DNA of 64,000 nucleotides from Eledone cirrhosa (lineage: Eukaryota): NCBI GenBank assembly GCA_964016885.1, contig OZ024750.1, forward strand, positions 44,268,001 through 44,332,000. Direction: 5' to 3'. Below are positions 1-13,175 of the stretch, one piece after another. The number at the start of each line of letters is the position of its first letter. Within the stretch, counting starts at the first letter, position 1. Under the pieces are notes generated by a model. The model ran no database searches and was not told where the DNA came from. It worked only from the letters and a program-made list of their open reading frames with translations. The position numbers were made by a program, and so were the translations under genes.

Positions 1-100
1 CTTCTCCTAGAATTCTGCCTTGACAAAGGCTAAGGGGTGATCTCTCCCGGTGATTTTGGATGGCCATTGACTCTTAAGAGCTCCTTTGCCCTTTGACAGG

Positions 101-752
101 ATATGTATGCATACATACATTCATACATACATACATACACACATACACACATACATACATACATACATACATACATAATACACCCATACACACATACATT
201 CATACATATATACAAACATACATACATACAAACATACATATATACATACATACATACATACACACATACATACATACGTACATACATACACACACATACA
301 CATACATACATACATACATAATGGAACAGTAAAAATATGTAAAACATTCCAAAAATGTTGCATCTAATAACTGCAAATACACATGTACAGATACAAATCA
401 TATACACATGCACACATACAACTCAAAACATACACATCCACACATACAATAACATCCATATCTACACATGCATGCATACATACATATCTACCTAGTTGAT
501 GTTGTGTAAATTCCAATGAGAGAGTCTTGTGTCTATGTTAGAAACTGACTCTCTCTCTCTATTGGTAAAACTTTGTGAAATTATAAAACCAGAAGAACAT
601 ACATACATACATACACACATACATATATACACACATACATACATACATACATACATACATACATACATACATACATACATACATACATACACACATACAC
701 ACATACATACATACATACATACATACATACATACATACATACAAACATACAT
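101..752. repeat. (TACA)n/(CA)n microsatellite tracts
   Basis: Tetranucleotide runs at about 101-320 and 598-752 with a degenerate CA-rich stretch between them. Confidence 0.95.
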
Positions 753-914
753 GTCATACCTAGATATTTGTGTATGTATATTTATATATAAAACATCTGA
801 CATGAAACTATTTTTAAGACCATCTTATCTAATCTAGTGAGATATACCGTAGTCAGCCGTGTTGATAATACTAATTATAGTTTTTACTATAATTATAATT
901 ATATATAATAATTT

Positions 915-1630
915 GGTGGTGGTGGTGGTGGTGGTGGTGGTAGTGGTAGTAGTAGTAGTGATGGTCATGGAGGTAGTGGTGGTGGTGGTGATGGTGGTGG
1001 TAGTGGTAGTGATGGTGGTGGTGGTGATGGTGGTGTTGGTGGTAGTGGTAGTGATGGTCGTGGTGGTAATGACGGTGGTGGTGGTGGTGGTGGTTGGTAG
1101 TGTTGGTGGTGGTGGTGTTGGTGGTAGTGCTGTTGGTAGTTGGTAGTGGTAGTGGTGCTGGTGGTGTTGGTCTTGGTGGTGGTGGTGTTGGTAGTTGGTA
1201 ATGGTAGTGGTGGTGGTGATGGTGGTGGTGGTGGTGGTAGTGGTGATGTCGGTGGTGTTGGTAGTTGCTAGTGATGGTGGTGGTAGTGGTGGTGGTGATG
1301 GTGGTGATGGGGGTGTAGTGGTGGTGGTGGTGGTGGTGATGATGATGATGTTGATGGTGGTGGAGGTGTGGGTGGTTGGTGGTGTTGGTGGTAGTGGTGG
1401 TGGTGGTGATAATGGTGATGGTGGTGATAATGGTGATGGTGGTGGTGGAGGTGATGATGATATGGATATTGACGGTGTTTATGATGGTGATGATTATTAT
1501 TATAGTGATAAGGATGATGATGATGATGACGATGGTGGTGGTGGTGGTGGTGGTGACTGTGGTGGTGATGATGATGGAGTTAATTATGTTGTTGGTGATG
1601 GTGATGGTGATTCTGGTTACTATATTGATA

Positions 1631-1686
<56 letters not shown>

Positions 1687-1800
1687 GGTGGAGGTGCTGG
1701 TGCTGGTGGTGGCAGTGGTGGTGATGATGGTGTTGTTAATGATGTTGTTGGTGATGGCGGTTACTATATTGATATGGATGATGATGGTGATGGTGCTAAT
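915..1800. repeat. Compound (GGT)n/(GAT)n trinucleotide low-complexity region
   Basis: Direct sequence. It explains the poly-V/G/H/T ORFs here. Confidence 0.95.
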
Positions 1801-1916
1801 ATTTTCTAAGACATGTAGGACAGTAATGGTTTGATGAAAAGGGGAACGCCGAGTAAACTGAACCAACCTAGAACTTAAATGGTACTTTATTATATCTACA
1901 TAGGGGGCAGAAAACT

Positions 1917-1965
<49 letters not shown>

Positions 1966-1974
1966 ATATATATT

Positions 1975-2007
<33 letters not shown>

Positions 2008-2008
<1 letters not shown>

Positions 2009-2404
2009 CAATATTAATAAATGGAAACTATATTTATAAAACCATATTTATTTCATTATATATATTTCAAGGATACCAAGTTAAATCATGGTATGCCTTC
2101 ATCAGACAAAATACAATATATAACAGTTTTACAAATAGATATTGACGTACCCTTTCAAAAAGGTGACCGTTGTTTTTGGAGGCCATCCGGATAGTAAAAC
2201 TGTTATATATTATATTTTGTCTGATGAAGGCATACCATGATTTAACTTGGTATCCTTGAAATATATATAATGAAATAAATATGGTTTTATAAATATAGTT
2301 TCCATTTCTTAATATTGTATATCTACTCCAATTATTTGTCGAGTGCTTTATATCAGTTATAATAATATTTGCTTGTTGTATCCCAACAATTTAAATAGAA
2401 CTTT

Positions 2405-2408
<4 letters not shown>
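2008..2408 (+). mobile_element. Family A fold-back Penelope-like mini-element in (TA)n
   Basis: Inverted arms at about 2008-2132 and 2194-2318, then an unpaired tail 2319-2408 with GAGTGCT at 2341. Flanked by (TA)n on both sides, with a hammerhead in each arm. Homologues at 3544, 14986 and 54369. Confidence 0.8.
2213..2277 (+). ncRNA. Minimal type-I hammerhead ribozyme (mirror copy on - strand at 2049-2113)
   Basis: tattttgt-CTGATGA-agg(c)atacca..tggtatcct-t-GAAA-tatata-TA-atgaaata. Stem I is 8 bp with 2 GU pairs, stem II is paired, stem III is palindromic, and the cleavage triplet is AUA. Confidence 0.8.
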
Positions 2409-2470
<62 letters not shown>

Positions 2471-2472
<2 letters not shown>

Positions 2473-2772
2473 AGGTGAGTTTTATTGTAGTACAATAAAG
2501 CAATGCAGATATCGGATAAGTAGCACTCTACAGTTTGTAGGATTGGAGGATAAATAATATATAAGATCAAAAGATGGTTAAAAGAGTTCCATGTATTTTA
2601 TTATGCGCATTTCAAAAACAAATATCATCATGCAATAACATTTGCGTTTTCGTCAGATAAACGGATAAAATAGGGAGACTTGATATGAAGGTTAAAACAC
2701 ACTTGTGAATAGTGCTGTTTTAAATCAAGATATCAAAATACATAGAACTCTTTTAACCATCTTTTGATCTTA
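2471..2772 (-). mobile_element. Family C fold-back element with hammerhead (2596-2661, - strand)
   Basis: The minus strand reads tttat-CTGACGA-aaacgcaaatgt..atatttgttttt-GAAA-tgcgca-TA-ataaa. Partial inverted arm at 2735-2772. Homologue at 50040-50350. Confidence 0.75.
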
Positions 2773-2823
<51 letters not shown>

Positions 2824-2828
2824 TATAT

Positions 2829-2934
2829 GGGATAACAAGTTATCGTTTTAGGTAATCCAGTTAGAGGATCGGCGGCCTTTAGACTCATCTGATCAATGAA
2901 ACAATTGTAAATACTGTAAATAAAACACTGTATA

Positions 2935-2997
<63 letters not shown>

Positions 2998-3214
2998 CTG
3001 TAGAAGCCTTTCTATATTATATATATATATATATATATAAATATAGTATTGTCATGTAACTCCTTATTGAACTGTAGTAGCAACGTATTGACATGGTGTG
3101 TTTCTAGGGCAATTTTTAATAAGTCTGGTGCAGACGATTCCTCTCTAAGTTTGAATACACCAGATTTTAGACTCATCAGATGAATGAAACAATTGTTAAT
3201 ACTGTAAATAAACA

Positions 3215-3218
<4 letters not shown>
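2829..3218. mobile_element. Two related TA-embedded fragments (2829-2930, 3045-3218)
   Basis: Both end in tttagactcatc-gat-aatgaaacaattgt-aatactgtaaata(a)aacactg followed by (TA)n. No clean ribozyme fold. Confidence 0.5.
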
Positions 3219-3310
<92 letters not shown>

Positions 3311-3326
3311 ATATATATATATATAT

Positions 3327-3530
3327 GAAAATGTTCAAGACCCCGAGACCCCGACGGCAGAGCTCAAGTCGTTTCCATGGCTATTTCTGGTCCAGAAATA
3401 GCTGTCGAAACGGCTTGAGCTCTGCCGTCGGGGTATTAAAAATGTTCCTATTACCCACTCTACTACCCTAAGTATTGAGTACTCTGGTGCGTTATGGTCC
3501 ACCTGGTTCCTTAACACACTTCCTTCGTTA
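3327..3530 (+). mobile_element. Family D GC-rich hairpin element
   Basis: ccccgacggcagagctcaag..ctgg/ccag..cttgagctctgccgtcgggg hairpin plus an ~85-nt tail ending ccttcgtta-(TA)n. Six clear copies in the window. Confidence 0.8.
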
Positions 3531-3543
3531 TATATATATATAT

Positions 3544-3712
3544 CAATGATATTAATAAATGAAAACTATATTTATAAAACCATATTTATTTTATTATATA
3601 TATTTCAAAGGTACCAAAATTTTGGTACGCCCTCATCAGATAAAATACAAAGATTGTTTTATAAATAGAGACATACCCATGAAAATCATGCCTTATCGGT
3701 TCAGGTTCAGTT
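3544..3712 (-). mobile_element. Family A single-arm copy with hammerhead (3587-3647, - strand)
   Basis: The minus strand reads tattttat-CTGATGA-gggcgtaccaaaattttggtaccttt-GAAA-tatata-TA-ataaaata. Stem I is a perfect 8 bp, and stem II sequence differs from the 2213 copy but still pairs. Confidence 0.8.
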
Positions 3713-3858
3713 ATATATATATATATAAAAGTTATGATAGGATTAGAACAGAAGCTAATGAGTAGGAATAGATGCGACAAGTAATCTTGACAAGATGCTT
3801 TAAATATACACCTTCTCCATCACATTGTATAACTAGGTGCAAGGACATAATTTACCAG

Positions 3859-3964
3859 AGATGGGACAATAAGATGGGACCCAATGATGACGGGATGTAA
3901 ATAGGTTCCTTAGATGGGACAATAAGATGGGACCCAATGATGACGGGATGTAAATAGGTTCCTT
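3859..3964. repeat. Perfect 53-bp tandem duplication
   Basis: agatgggacaataagatgggacccaatgatgacgggatgtaaataggttcctt occurs at 3859 and 3912. Confidence 0.9.
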
Positions 3965-4048
3965 AATCACAGATACTTTAACTCAAATACGTTTGTCATC
4001 ATGTCATTATAAAAAAAACATTTATTCTGCGCATACATACATACATGC

Positions 4049-4143
<95 letters not shown>

Positions 4144-4147
4144 TGTT

Positions 4148-4185
<38 letters not shown>

Positions 4186-4188
<3 letters not shown>

Positions 4189-4352
4189 GTAGAACACTGG
4201 AAGGTAATATATCTAGTGGTAGAGTACTCAGTCCATGGGACGAGTTAGGTAGAAGTGGTAACACAACAGTTAGTTCACCATACCGAGAAAAATGGTTTCA
4301 CCTTAGCAGATCCTCAGCTCGGAATGGGCATGGTTATAGGAACAGGAAGGAG
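4186..4352 (-). mobile_element. Family E element with degenerate hammerhead
   Basis: The minus strand reads ccgag-CTGAGGA-tctgctaaggt-GAAA-ccattttt-ctcgg. Homologous to 5048-5263. Confidence 0.7.
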
Positions 4353-4356
4353 ATAT

Positions 4357-4423
<67 letters not shown>

Positions 4424-4470
4424 TTTATATATATTTAAACAAATATACACACACATATATGAATATATAT

Positions 4471-4648
4471 GGAAGATCACTGATAAAGGACTAATTTCAT
4501 ATATATATATATATATATATATGAAATTAGTCCTTTATCAGTGATCTTCCAGCCTAGCGATGAAATACCAATGAGGGGTGGAAGATCACTGATGAGGGAC
4601 TAATTTTATTCATATGTAACCCATTTGCAACCACGCAGCACGCCATTT

Positions 4649-4652
<4 letters not shown>
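4471..4652 (+). mobile_element. Family G fragment with hairpin looped by (TA)n
   Basis: ggaagatcactgataaaggactaatttca-(TA)n-tgaaattagtcctttatcagtgatcttcc, with tail tgcaaccacgcagcacg. Relatives at 7401, 14710, 49490 and 55565. Confidence 0.6.
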
Positions 4653-4680
<28 letters not shown>

Positions 4681-4684
<4 letters not shown>

Positions 4685-5036
4685 AAAAAGATGAAATCGA
4701 AAATGCAACTGGAGTCTTATTTAAAAATATATATATATATTTATTTGGTTCGTTTACCGGTTTCGCAGTTCTTCTGCTTTTCAAAAGTAGAGTTGAGATG
4801 GAGGGTTTGTGGTTTTTCTCACATCTGATATGAAAAAACCACAGACCCTCCATCTCGACTCTACTTTTGAATAGCAGAAGAACTGCGAAACCGGTAAAGG
4901 AACCAAATAAATATATATATTTTTTTAATAATAAGACTCCAGTTGCATTTTCGATTTCATCTTTTTTTCTTTATACTTTCACTCGTGTAGGACACCTCGG
5001 TTATTTTTCATTTTGTAAATAAACCTCACTTTCTAA
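4681..5036 (+). mobile_element. Family F fold-back element with variant-core hammerhead
   Basis: Inverted arms of ~140 bp centred near 4826, then a tail to 5036. Homologue at 6777-7338. Confidence 0.8.
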
Positions 5037-5047
5037 TATATATATAT

Positions 5048-5263
5048 AGAAGTGGTTACACAACAGTTAGTTCACCATACCGAGAAGAATTGTTTCACCT
5101 TCGCAGATCTTCAGTTCGGATCTCCCGAGCTGAAGATCCGCGAAGATGAAACAATTGTTCTCGGTGTGGTGAACTAACTGATGTGTAAGCACTTCTACCT
5201 AACTCGTCCCTTGGACTGAGTGCTCTACCACTACGGATATTACCTCACAGTGTTCCACCACTA
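5048..5263 (+). mobile_element. Family E fold-back element
   Basis: Arms at 5048-5120 and 5125-5197, then a tail with GAGTGCT at 5218. Flanked by (TA)n. Confidence 0.8.
5125..5164 (+). ncRNA. 40-nt minimal hammerhead ribozyme
   Basis: ccgag-CTGAAGA-tc(cgcgaa)ga-t-GAAA-caattg-TT-ctcgg. Stem I is perfect, stem III is the palindrome ACAATTGT, and the cleavage triplet is GUU. Confidence 0.75.
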
Positions 5264-5265
5264 TA

Positions 5266-5327
<62 letters not shown>

Positions 5328-5452
5328 TATACATACATATACATACAGATACGACGTTTATATTTGTAAACATATATCTTCCAATTTGACTGTTTTCCGT
5401 CATTGGAGAGTGGCAATGCTGGAGCCAAAACAATATTATCACACAGATGTAT

Positions 5453-5544
5453 AGATATGTCATATGTTCTATTGCTGTATACACAAGCATATTTTATTTA
5501 CATGTAAAACAGATATGTAAAAATATATAGATTATGTATATATA

Positions 5545-5632
<88 letters not shown>

Positions 5633-5708
5633 CTATATATTTATACATCTGTTTTGCATGTAAATAAAATATGCTTGTGTATACAGCAATAGAACATATG
5701 ACATATCT
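5453..5708. repeat. ~80-bp inverted duplication with a (TA)n tract as loop
   Basis: 5453-5534 is the near-exact reverse complement of 5629-5708. Confidence 0.85.
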
Positions 5709-5732
5709 CTCTCTATATATATGTATATGTAT

Positions 5733-5803
<71 letters not shown>

Positions 5804-5933
5804 TGTGTGCTGTCTGAGTCTGTGTGTGAAAAATACATTTGTAAAATATTATTGCATACATAGGAGCAAACAAATATGTATATTTATTATATGTATTAAT
5901 ATATATATATATATATATATCTATATATATATC

Positions 5934-6098
<165 letters not shown>

Positions 6099-6251
6099 AT
6101 ATTTAACTTCAATTGTAAGATTTGCGAATATAAAATGAGAATAAGGAATTTTGCCTGCTGCATATGGATATACACTCCATTGCTCACAGACACACAGACA
6201 CACATACATATTTACATTTATATATTATATACATATATATATATGTATATA

Positions 6252-6353
<102 letters not shown>

Positions 6354-6616
6354 CACACAATCATACAAACATATATATATACATTATGATACACTAACGC
6401 TGCTATTCGGTATATACACACACACGCCTATATATATATATAGGCGAGACATATATACACACAATCATACAAGCATATATATATATATGTATGTATATTT
6501 ATATAGATATTTCAAATGAAGACCCATGTATGTTAGAAATATAGGTGAGTATATGCACACATATGAATACATATACATGAATATATATATATATATATAT
6601 ATATATGTATACATGA

Positions 6617-6686
<70 letters not shown>

Positions 6687-6776
6687 TGAGTCGCACACAA
6701 ACATTGGTATATATATACATATGAATGCAAATGAATATATATATATGTATATATGTATATATATATATATATATAT

Positions 6777-7331
6777 AAAGAAAAAGGGATGAAATCGAAA
6801 ATGCAACTGAAGTCTTATTTTTTTAAAACATATATATATTTATTTGGTTCCTTTACCCGTTTCGCAGTTCTTCTGCTTTTCAAAAGGTGAGTTGAGATGG
6901 AGGGTCTGTGGTTTTTCTCACATCTGGTTGTTTCGCAGTTCTTCTGCTTTTCAAAAGGTGAGTTGAGATGGAGGGTCTGTGGTTTTTCTCACATCTGGTT
7001 GTTTCGCAGTTCTTCTGCTTTTCAAAAGGTGAGTTGAGATGGAGGGTCTGTGGTTTTTCTCACATCTTTCAATCACCTTGCATTTGGGAGGTTGAATCAA
7101 CCTCCCAAATGCAAGGTGATTGAAAGATGTGAGAAAAACCACAGACCCTCCATCTCAACTCACCTTTTGAAAAGCAGAAGAACTGCGAAACCGGTAAAGG
7201 AACCAAATAAATATATATATTTTTAAAAAAAATAAGACTTCAGTTGCATTTTCGATTTCATCCCTTTTTCTTTATACTTCCACTCGTGTAGGACACCTCG
7301 GTTATTTTTCATTTTGTAAAAAAAACCTCAC

Positions 7332-7338
<7 letters not shown>
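6777..7338 (+). mobile_element. Family F fold-back element with 3x71-bp internal tandem repeat
   Basis: Hairpin apex gttga-a-tcaac at about 7096. The 71-bp unit starts at 6859, 6930 and 7001. The tail matches 4970-5036. Confidence 0.85.
7163..7200 (+). ncRNA. Hammerhead ribozyme with U3-A8 variant core
   Basis: cctt-TTGAAAA-gcag(aagaa)ctgc-GAAA-ccgg-TA-aagg. All three stems are intact, and C3/G8 are replaced together by U3/A8. Confidence 0.7.
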
Positions 7339-7403
<65 letters not shown>

Positions 7404-7673
7404 GTTATACGAAGAAATACCTATGATGGCTAGTAGACAACTGATGACGGATAATCCTAACTTCTATTTCTAATTCTTCATTCATTTATTATACTTAAAA
7501 TGCAACAACACAGCTCGCCCTTTTTGATTCAATATATATATATATATACATGTATATATACCTATATACACACATATATTTTGAGTATATGTTCGTTGTA
7601 TACCAACACATTGGTATTCAGATTGGAGCACTCGACGAAGGGCGCAGGTTGGTTTGGTTATTCCGGTGTAATG

Positions 7674-7805
7674 TAAAATAAAATAAAATAAAATAAAATA
7701 AAATAAAATAAAATAAAATAAAATAAAATAAAATAAAATAAAATAAAATAAAATAAAATAAAATAAAATAAAATAAAATAAAATAAAATAAAATAAAATA
7801 AAATA
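7674..7805. repeat. (TAAAA)n pentanucleotide array
   Basis: About 26 perfect units, next to a minus-strand tail with GAGTGCT (7627-7633). Confidence 0.95.
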
Positions 7806-7913
7806 ACAGTTCCTCAGCGAAACAAAACCCAACCAGGAACTGGGCATATCAGAGTATTGACAAAGTTATGCACCTCAACAACATGTGTACTTGTCTATAC
7901 CACACAAATTCGG

Positions 7914-7968
7914 ACTGCCTGAAGAGGTCACAGCCAAGGATGGCTGTCACCGAAATATATATAGCAGT
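7914..7968 (+). ncRNA. Canonical-core type-I hammerhead ribozyme
   Basis: actgc-CTGAAGA-ggt(c)acagcca(agga)tggctgt(c)acc-GAAA-tatata-TA-gcagt. Stem I is a perfect 5 bp and stem II is 10 bp. Confidence 0.85.
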
Positions 7969-8014
7969 AATAAACAAAGCTAAATTTTAAACATTTGACT
8001 TACTTATTTTATTT

Positions 8015-8084
<70 letters not shown>

Positions 8085-8117
8085 TTATGTATATCTATCT
8101 TTCTATAGGTGTGTGTA

Positions 8118-8170
<53 letters not shown>

Positions 8171-8172
<2 letters not shown>

Positions 8173-8306
8173 TTAAACGATCGACTTTCGTCAAATCGGA
8201 CCGAGGGAATAATATTTCCGTTGATCTTTGCAATTGCTAATACTATCTATCGGTCGCAACTCCAGGTAGAAGGAGCAACGTGAAATAAAGTGTCTTGCTC
8301 AAGGAC

Positions 8307-8308
<2 letters not shown>
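8171..8308 (-). mobile_element. Truncated tRNA-derived SINE (family of 60100-60303)
   Basis: Close match to 60100-60230, including gcaacgtgaaataaagtgtc(ttgctc)aaggaca. Confidence 0.75.
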
Positions 8309-8375
<67 letters not shown>

Positions 8376-8820
8376 CGTAGGGCCGTGTTTTTTTTTTTTT
8401 GTAAGTAAAATGACAGGTACTGTCTGAAGCCGTTTTCTCTAGTACTGAAATGACATCTCTATATCATTTTAGATGTTGAATTTGTCAAAATATTAAAGTG
8501 TCACAGAAGAGTAGAATAATTTCCACCAAAATTGATTTAAAATGTTAGTTAACAATAAAGCATCTCAGTATAGTTAGTGTAATTTAACTGGTAACATTGC
8601 CTTCCCTCATTCCAAACTTATCAGGTAAAATAGATTTGAAGAATAGAGAGAATATTTTGCTAACTAACTACCACTAATGTATATGTTTTATAATTTCTAT
8701 ACTTCAAATTATATAGTCTAAATGATTGCTATTTATCTATCATTATATTTTAACCTATGTCACAAAACACAATCACATATATGTAAATATATATTATATG
8801 AATATATATATCCTTATATA

Positions 8821-8978
<158 letters not shown>

Positions 8979-9033
8979 CATACATACATACACATAGGTA
9001 AATGTTATATATATATATGCGCGTGTGTATATA

Positions 9034-9121
<88 letters not shown>

Positions 9122-9196
9122 TATATACATATATATATTCACATACATACATACACATAGGTAAATGTTATATATATATATGCGCGTGTGTATATA

Positions 9197-9247
<51 letters not shown>

Positions 9248-9279
9248 GTGTGTGTGTGTATATGTGTGTGTGTGCTTGC

Positions 9280-9423
9280 GAAAAGTTTCAGGAACCGACG
9301 GATGTAGCTGTCGTGACGGCCGGAGCTCAGCCGTCGGGGTCCTGAATCTTTTCATATTACCCTTCTATTATGGAGTACACTGGCGGGTTAAAGTCTAGCT
9401 GGTTTTTACCGTACCCTATCTCA
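9280..9423 (+). mobile_element. Diverged family D-like hairpin
   Basis: gaaaagtttcagga-ccgacgg..ccgtcggggtcctgaatcttttc followed by a tattaccc..ggagtac tail. Confidence 0.6.
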
Positions 9424-9511
9424 TATATATATATGTATAACCGCCAATATACCTGCCAATACAGGAATTGTATAATCAAGACCGTAGCGGTATGTCATAT
9501 ATCAAATCATA

Positions 9512-9577
9512 TATTTTGTCTGATGAGGACGTACTGAAAAAACAACACAGTACCTCTGAAATATATATAATAAAGTA
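9512..9577 (+). ncRNA. Hammerhead ribozyme in family B fragment (9477-9625)
   Basis: tattttgt-CTGATGA-ggacgtactg..cagtacctct-GAAA-tatata-TA-ataaagta. Confidence 0.75.
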
Positions 9578-9705
9578 TATATTTTGATTATGAGAATATT
9601 TTTCATTTGTTAATATTTTGAATAATATATATATATATATATATATATATTTATCCATATCTATATCTATATATCTATCTATATCTATATATATATATAT
9701 ATATA

Positions 9706-9746
<41 letters not shown>

Positions 9747-9889
9747 GTATATATGGATGTATATAAACATAGGTGTGTGTGAGTGAGTGTGTGTGTTTAT
9801 GCATACATATATATGTTTTTACATACTTTGCTTATAATTATATAAAATGATACGGTGAAACTATAACGTAATGATAATAAAAATTATAA

Positions 9890-9969
<80 letters not shown>

Positions 9970-10143
9970 TATATATAAACACACTATATATATATGTATA
10001 TGTGAATGTATACATATATGCGTGTGTGCATGCGTATGATTATATGTCTGTTTCCGTTAGGTCGTATTTGTATACTTATATGTGTATATGAGTTTGTGTG
10101 TGGATGTGTGTTTGTGTGTGTGTGTGTGAATGTGTGTGAGTGT

Positions 10144-10214
<71 letters not shown>

Positions 10215-10989
10215 TGTGTGGTGTGTGTGTGTGTGTGGTGTGTGTGTGTGTGTGTGTGGCGGTGACTGGGAGAGAGAGTTTGAAAATAAATTCAATAATG
10301 CGTAAATGTAGGACAGATTATATATGATAAAAGTTAAAGGTGATTCTTGTTGACAACAGACACACATACACACACACATACACACACACACACACACACT
10401 AACACTAGCACACACTCACACATACACATACATACACATGCCCACATATACACACACGCTAACACATACGCACACACGCACACATATACACATACACTAA
10501 CACACACACACACACTGATTTACACACACTACCACATACACACACACACACACTGATTCACACACACTAACACATACACACACACATACACACACTCACA
10601 CACATACACACACACACTAACACGCTAACAAATATAGACACACACATTCACAGTGATTGATAGACACTCACATATATACGCACACATACACGGACATACA
10701 TACGCACACACACACACACACACATATATACATATACATATATACACTCACATATATATATATATTCACATATACACACATACACACGCACACAAACACA
10801 CACACACACACACATATATATACATATATACACTCACATATATATATATACACTCACATATACACATATACACACACACGGACAAATACACACACTCCAA
10901 TGGTCACACACACATGACAGATACATATTTATATTGAGAGAGATGGAGTGACATACACATAAACACACAGTTATGGTCATAAGGGTAAC

Positions 10990-11340
10990 ACCCCCACCAC
11001 CACTACCACCACCACTACCACCACCACCACCACCACCATCACCACCACCACCACCACCACCACCACCACCACCACCACCACCACCACCACCACCACCACC
11101 ACCACCACCACCACCACCACCACCACCACCACCACCACCACCACCACCACCACCACCACCACCGCTACCACTACCACCACCAACACCAACACCATCACCA
11201 CCAACACCAACACCACCACCAACAACACCAACACCATCACCACCACCACCACCAACACCACTACCACTACCACCACCACCACCAAGACCAACACCACCAC
11301 CACCACCTACACCACTAACAATAACAACAACAACAACAAC
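10990..11340. repeat. (CCA)n trinucleotide tract
   Basis: Direct sequence. It gives the poly-P/G/V ORFs. Confidence 0.95.
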
Positions 11341-11734
11341 GCTAGTGACGACGTCGACAGTCAATTAATTTAACAGCAATGGCGTCAACAACGTCATCGA
11401 CGTTATTCCTGCCAACAATTAGAACATCATCATCAACAACATCAACAACAACAACAATAACAACAACAACAGCAGCAACATTACACAATACTACAACAAA
11501 GATGGCGACAAAAATATTAACGTTAACGCCACCTGTGAGTCAACGACGACGTCGATAACGTCAACACCGTCAAACACGTGAACAAAAATAACAACGTCAA
11601 ACACGTTATGAGGAACGTCAACAACAGTAACGCTGACGTCAACGTGAATATTAGAAACTACACCACCACTAACAACAACGACGACAACAACGTCAAAGAT
11701 GACAGCAATAACAACAACATTAATTGTAACAACA

Positions 11735-12420
11735 AACAACTATAAATATCAACGTCAATAACAACGCCAACGACGTCAAAAATCATCAACACACGTAACA
11801 ACTATAAATATCAACGTCAATAACAACGCCAACGACGTCAAAAATCATCAACACATGTAATAACAACAATGTAACTATCAACGTCAATAACAACGCCAAC
11901 AACGTCAAAAAGTAAACACACGTAACAACAACAACAATGTAACTATCAACGTCAATAACAACGCCAACAACGTCAAAAAGCATAAACACACGTAACAACA
12001 ACAACAATGTAAATATCAACGTCAATAACAACGCCAACGGCGTGAAAAAGCATCAACACACGTAGCAACAACAACAATGTAACTATCAACGACAATAACA
12101 ACGCCAACGACGTCAAAAAGCATCAACACACGTAACAACAACAACAATGTAACTATCAACGTCAATAACAACGCCAACGACGTCAAAAAGCATCAACACA
12201 CGTAACAACAACAACAATGTAACTATCAACGTCAATAACAACGCCAACGACGTCAAAAAGCATCAACACACGTAACAACAACAACAATGTAACTATCAAC
12301 GTCAATAACAACGCCAACGACGTCAAAAAGCATCAACACACGTAACAACAACAACAATATAAATATCAACGTCAATAACAACGCCAACGACGTCAAAAAG
12401 CATCAACACACGTAACAACA
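11735..12420. repeat. 70-bp minisatellite (~8 units) preceded by shorter ~60-bp variants
   Basis: The unit catcaacacacgtaacaacaacaacaatgtaactatcaacgtcaataacaacgccaacgacgtcaaaaag recurs at 12051, 12121, 12191, 12261, 12331 and 12401. Confidence 0.92.
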
Positions 12421-12529
12421 ACAACAGCTGCAACAACCAAACAGCAATAACAACAACAGCAACAGCACCAACTACAATATAAACATCAACAACAGCCGCA
12501 ACAACAACAACATTAACTACAATGGCGAC

Positions 12530-13175
12530 TAGATAGGGTGGAGGAGAGTGGTGTTACGGGTGGTGATAAGAGAGAGGGGGAAAGGGGGGATAGGGAGGGA
12601 TAGAGGGGAGGAGAGAGGGAGGGAGAGAATGATGTTATGGATGTGGATAAGAGAAAGGAGGAGGAGAGAGAGGGAGAGAGGGAGAGGGGTTGAGGAGGGG
12701 GAGGGGGGGCAGAGAGGGGTGGAGAGAGGGGGAAAGTGAGAGAAACAATAGGCGGATAGAGAGAGATTGACGAAAGACACATGGATAGATACAGAGAAAG
12801 AGATATATATATAAAAAGAGAGAGAGAGAGCGTGTGTGTGTGTGAGAGAGAGATAGTGTGTGTGTGTGTGTGTGAGAGAGGGAGAGTGTGTATGGGAGAA
12901 AGAGACAGTGAGGGAGTGATGTGAGAGAGAGAGTGAGAGAGTGTGTGTTTGAGAGAGAGCGAAGGATGTATGTGTGAGAGAGAGAGAGTAAGAGAGTGAG
13001 TGTGTGTGTGAGAGAGAGAGCGCGAGAATGAGAGAGAGTGTGAAGGTGTGAGAGAGAGAGAGTGTGAGAGTGAGTGTGTGTGAGAGAGAGAGAGTGTGAG
13101 AGAGAGTGTGTGTGTGAGACAGAGAGAGGGTGTGTCTGTGTCTGTGTGTGTGTGTAAGAGAAAGAGATAGAGAGA
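12530..13175. repeat. Purine-rich (GA)n/(GT)n low-complexity region
   Basis: Direct sequence. Confidence 0.9.

Noticed and set aside
4590-4610. CTGATGA motifs as C/D snoRNA boxes
   Set aside because: No paired C/D termini or host intron; they occur in dispersed mobile families.
11735-12420. Possible CRISPR-like array
   Set aside because: Units are contiguous and near-identical with no unique spacers, in a eukaryotic context.
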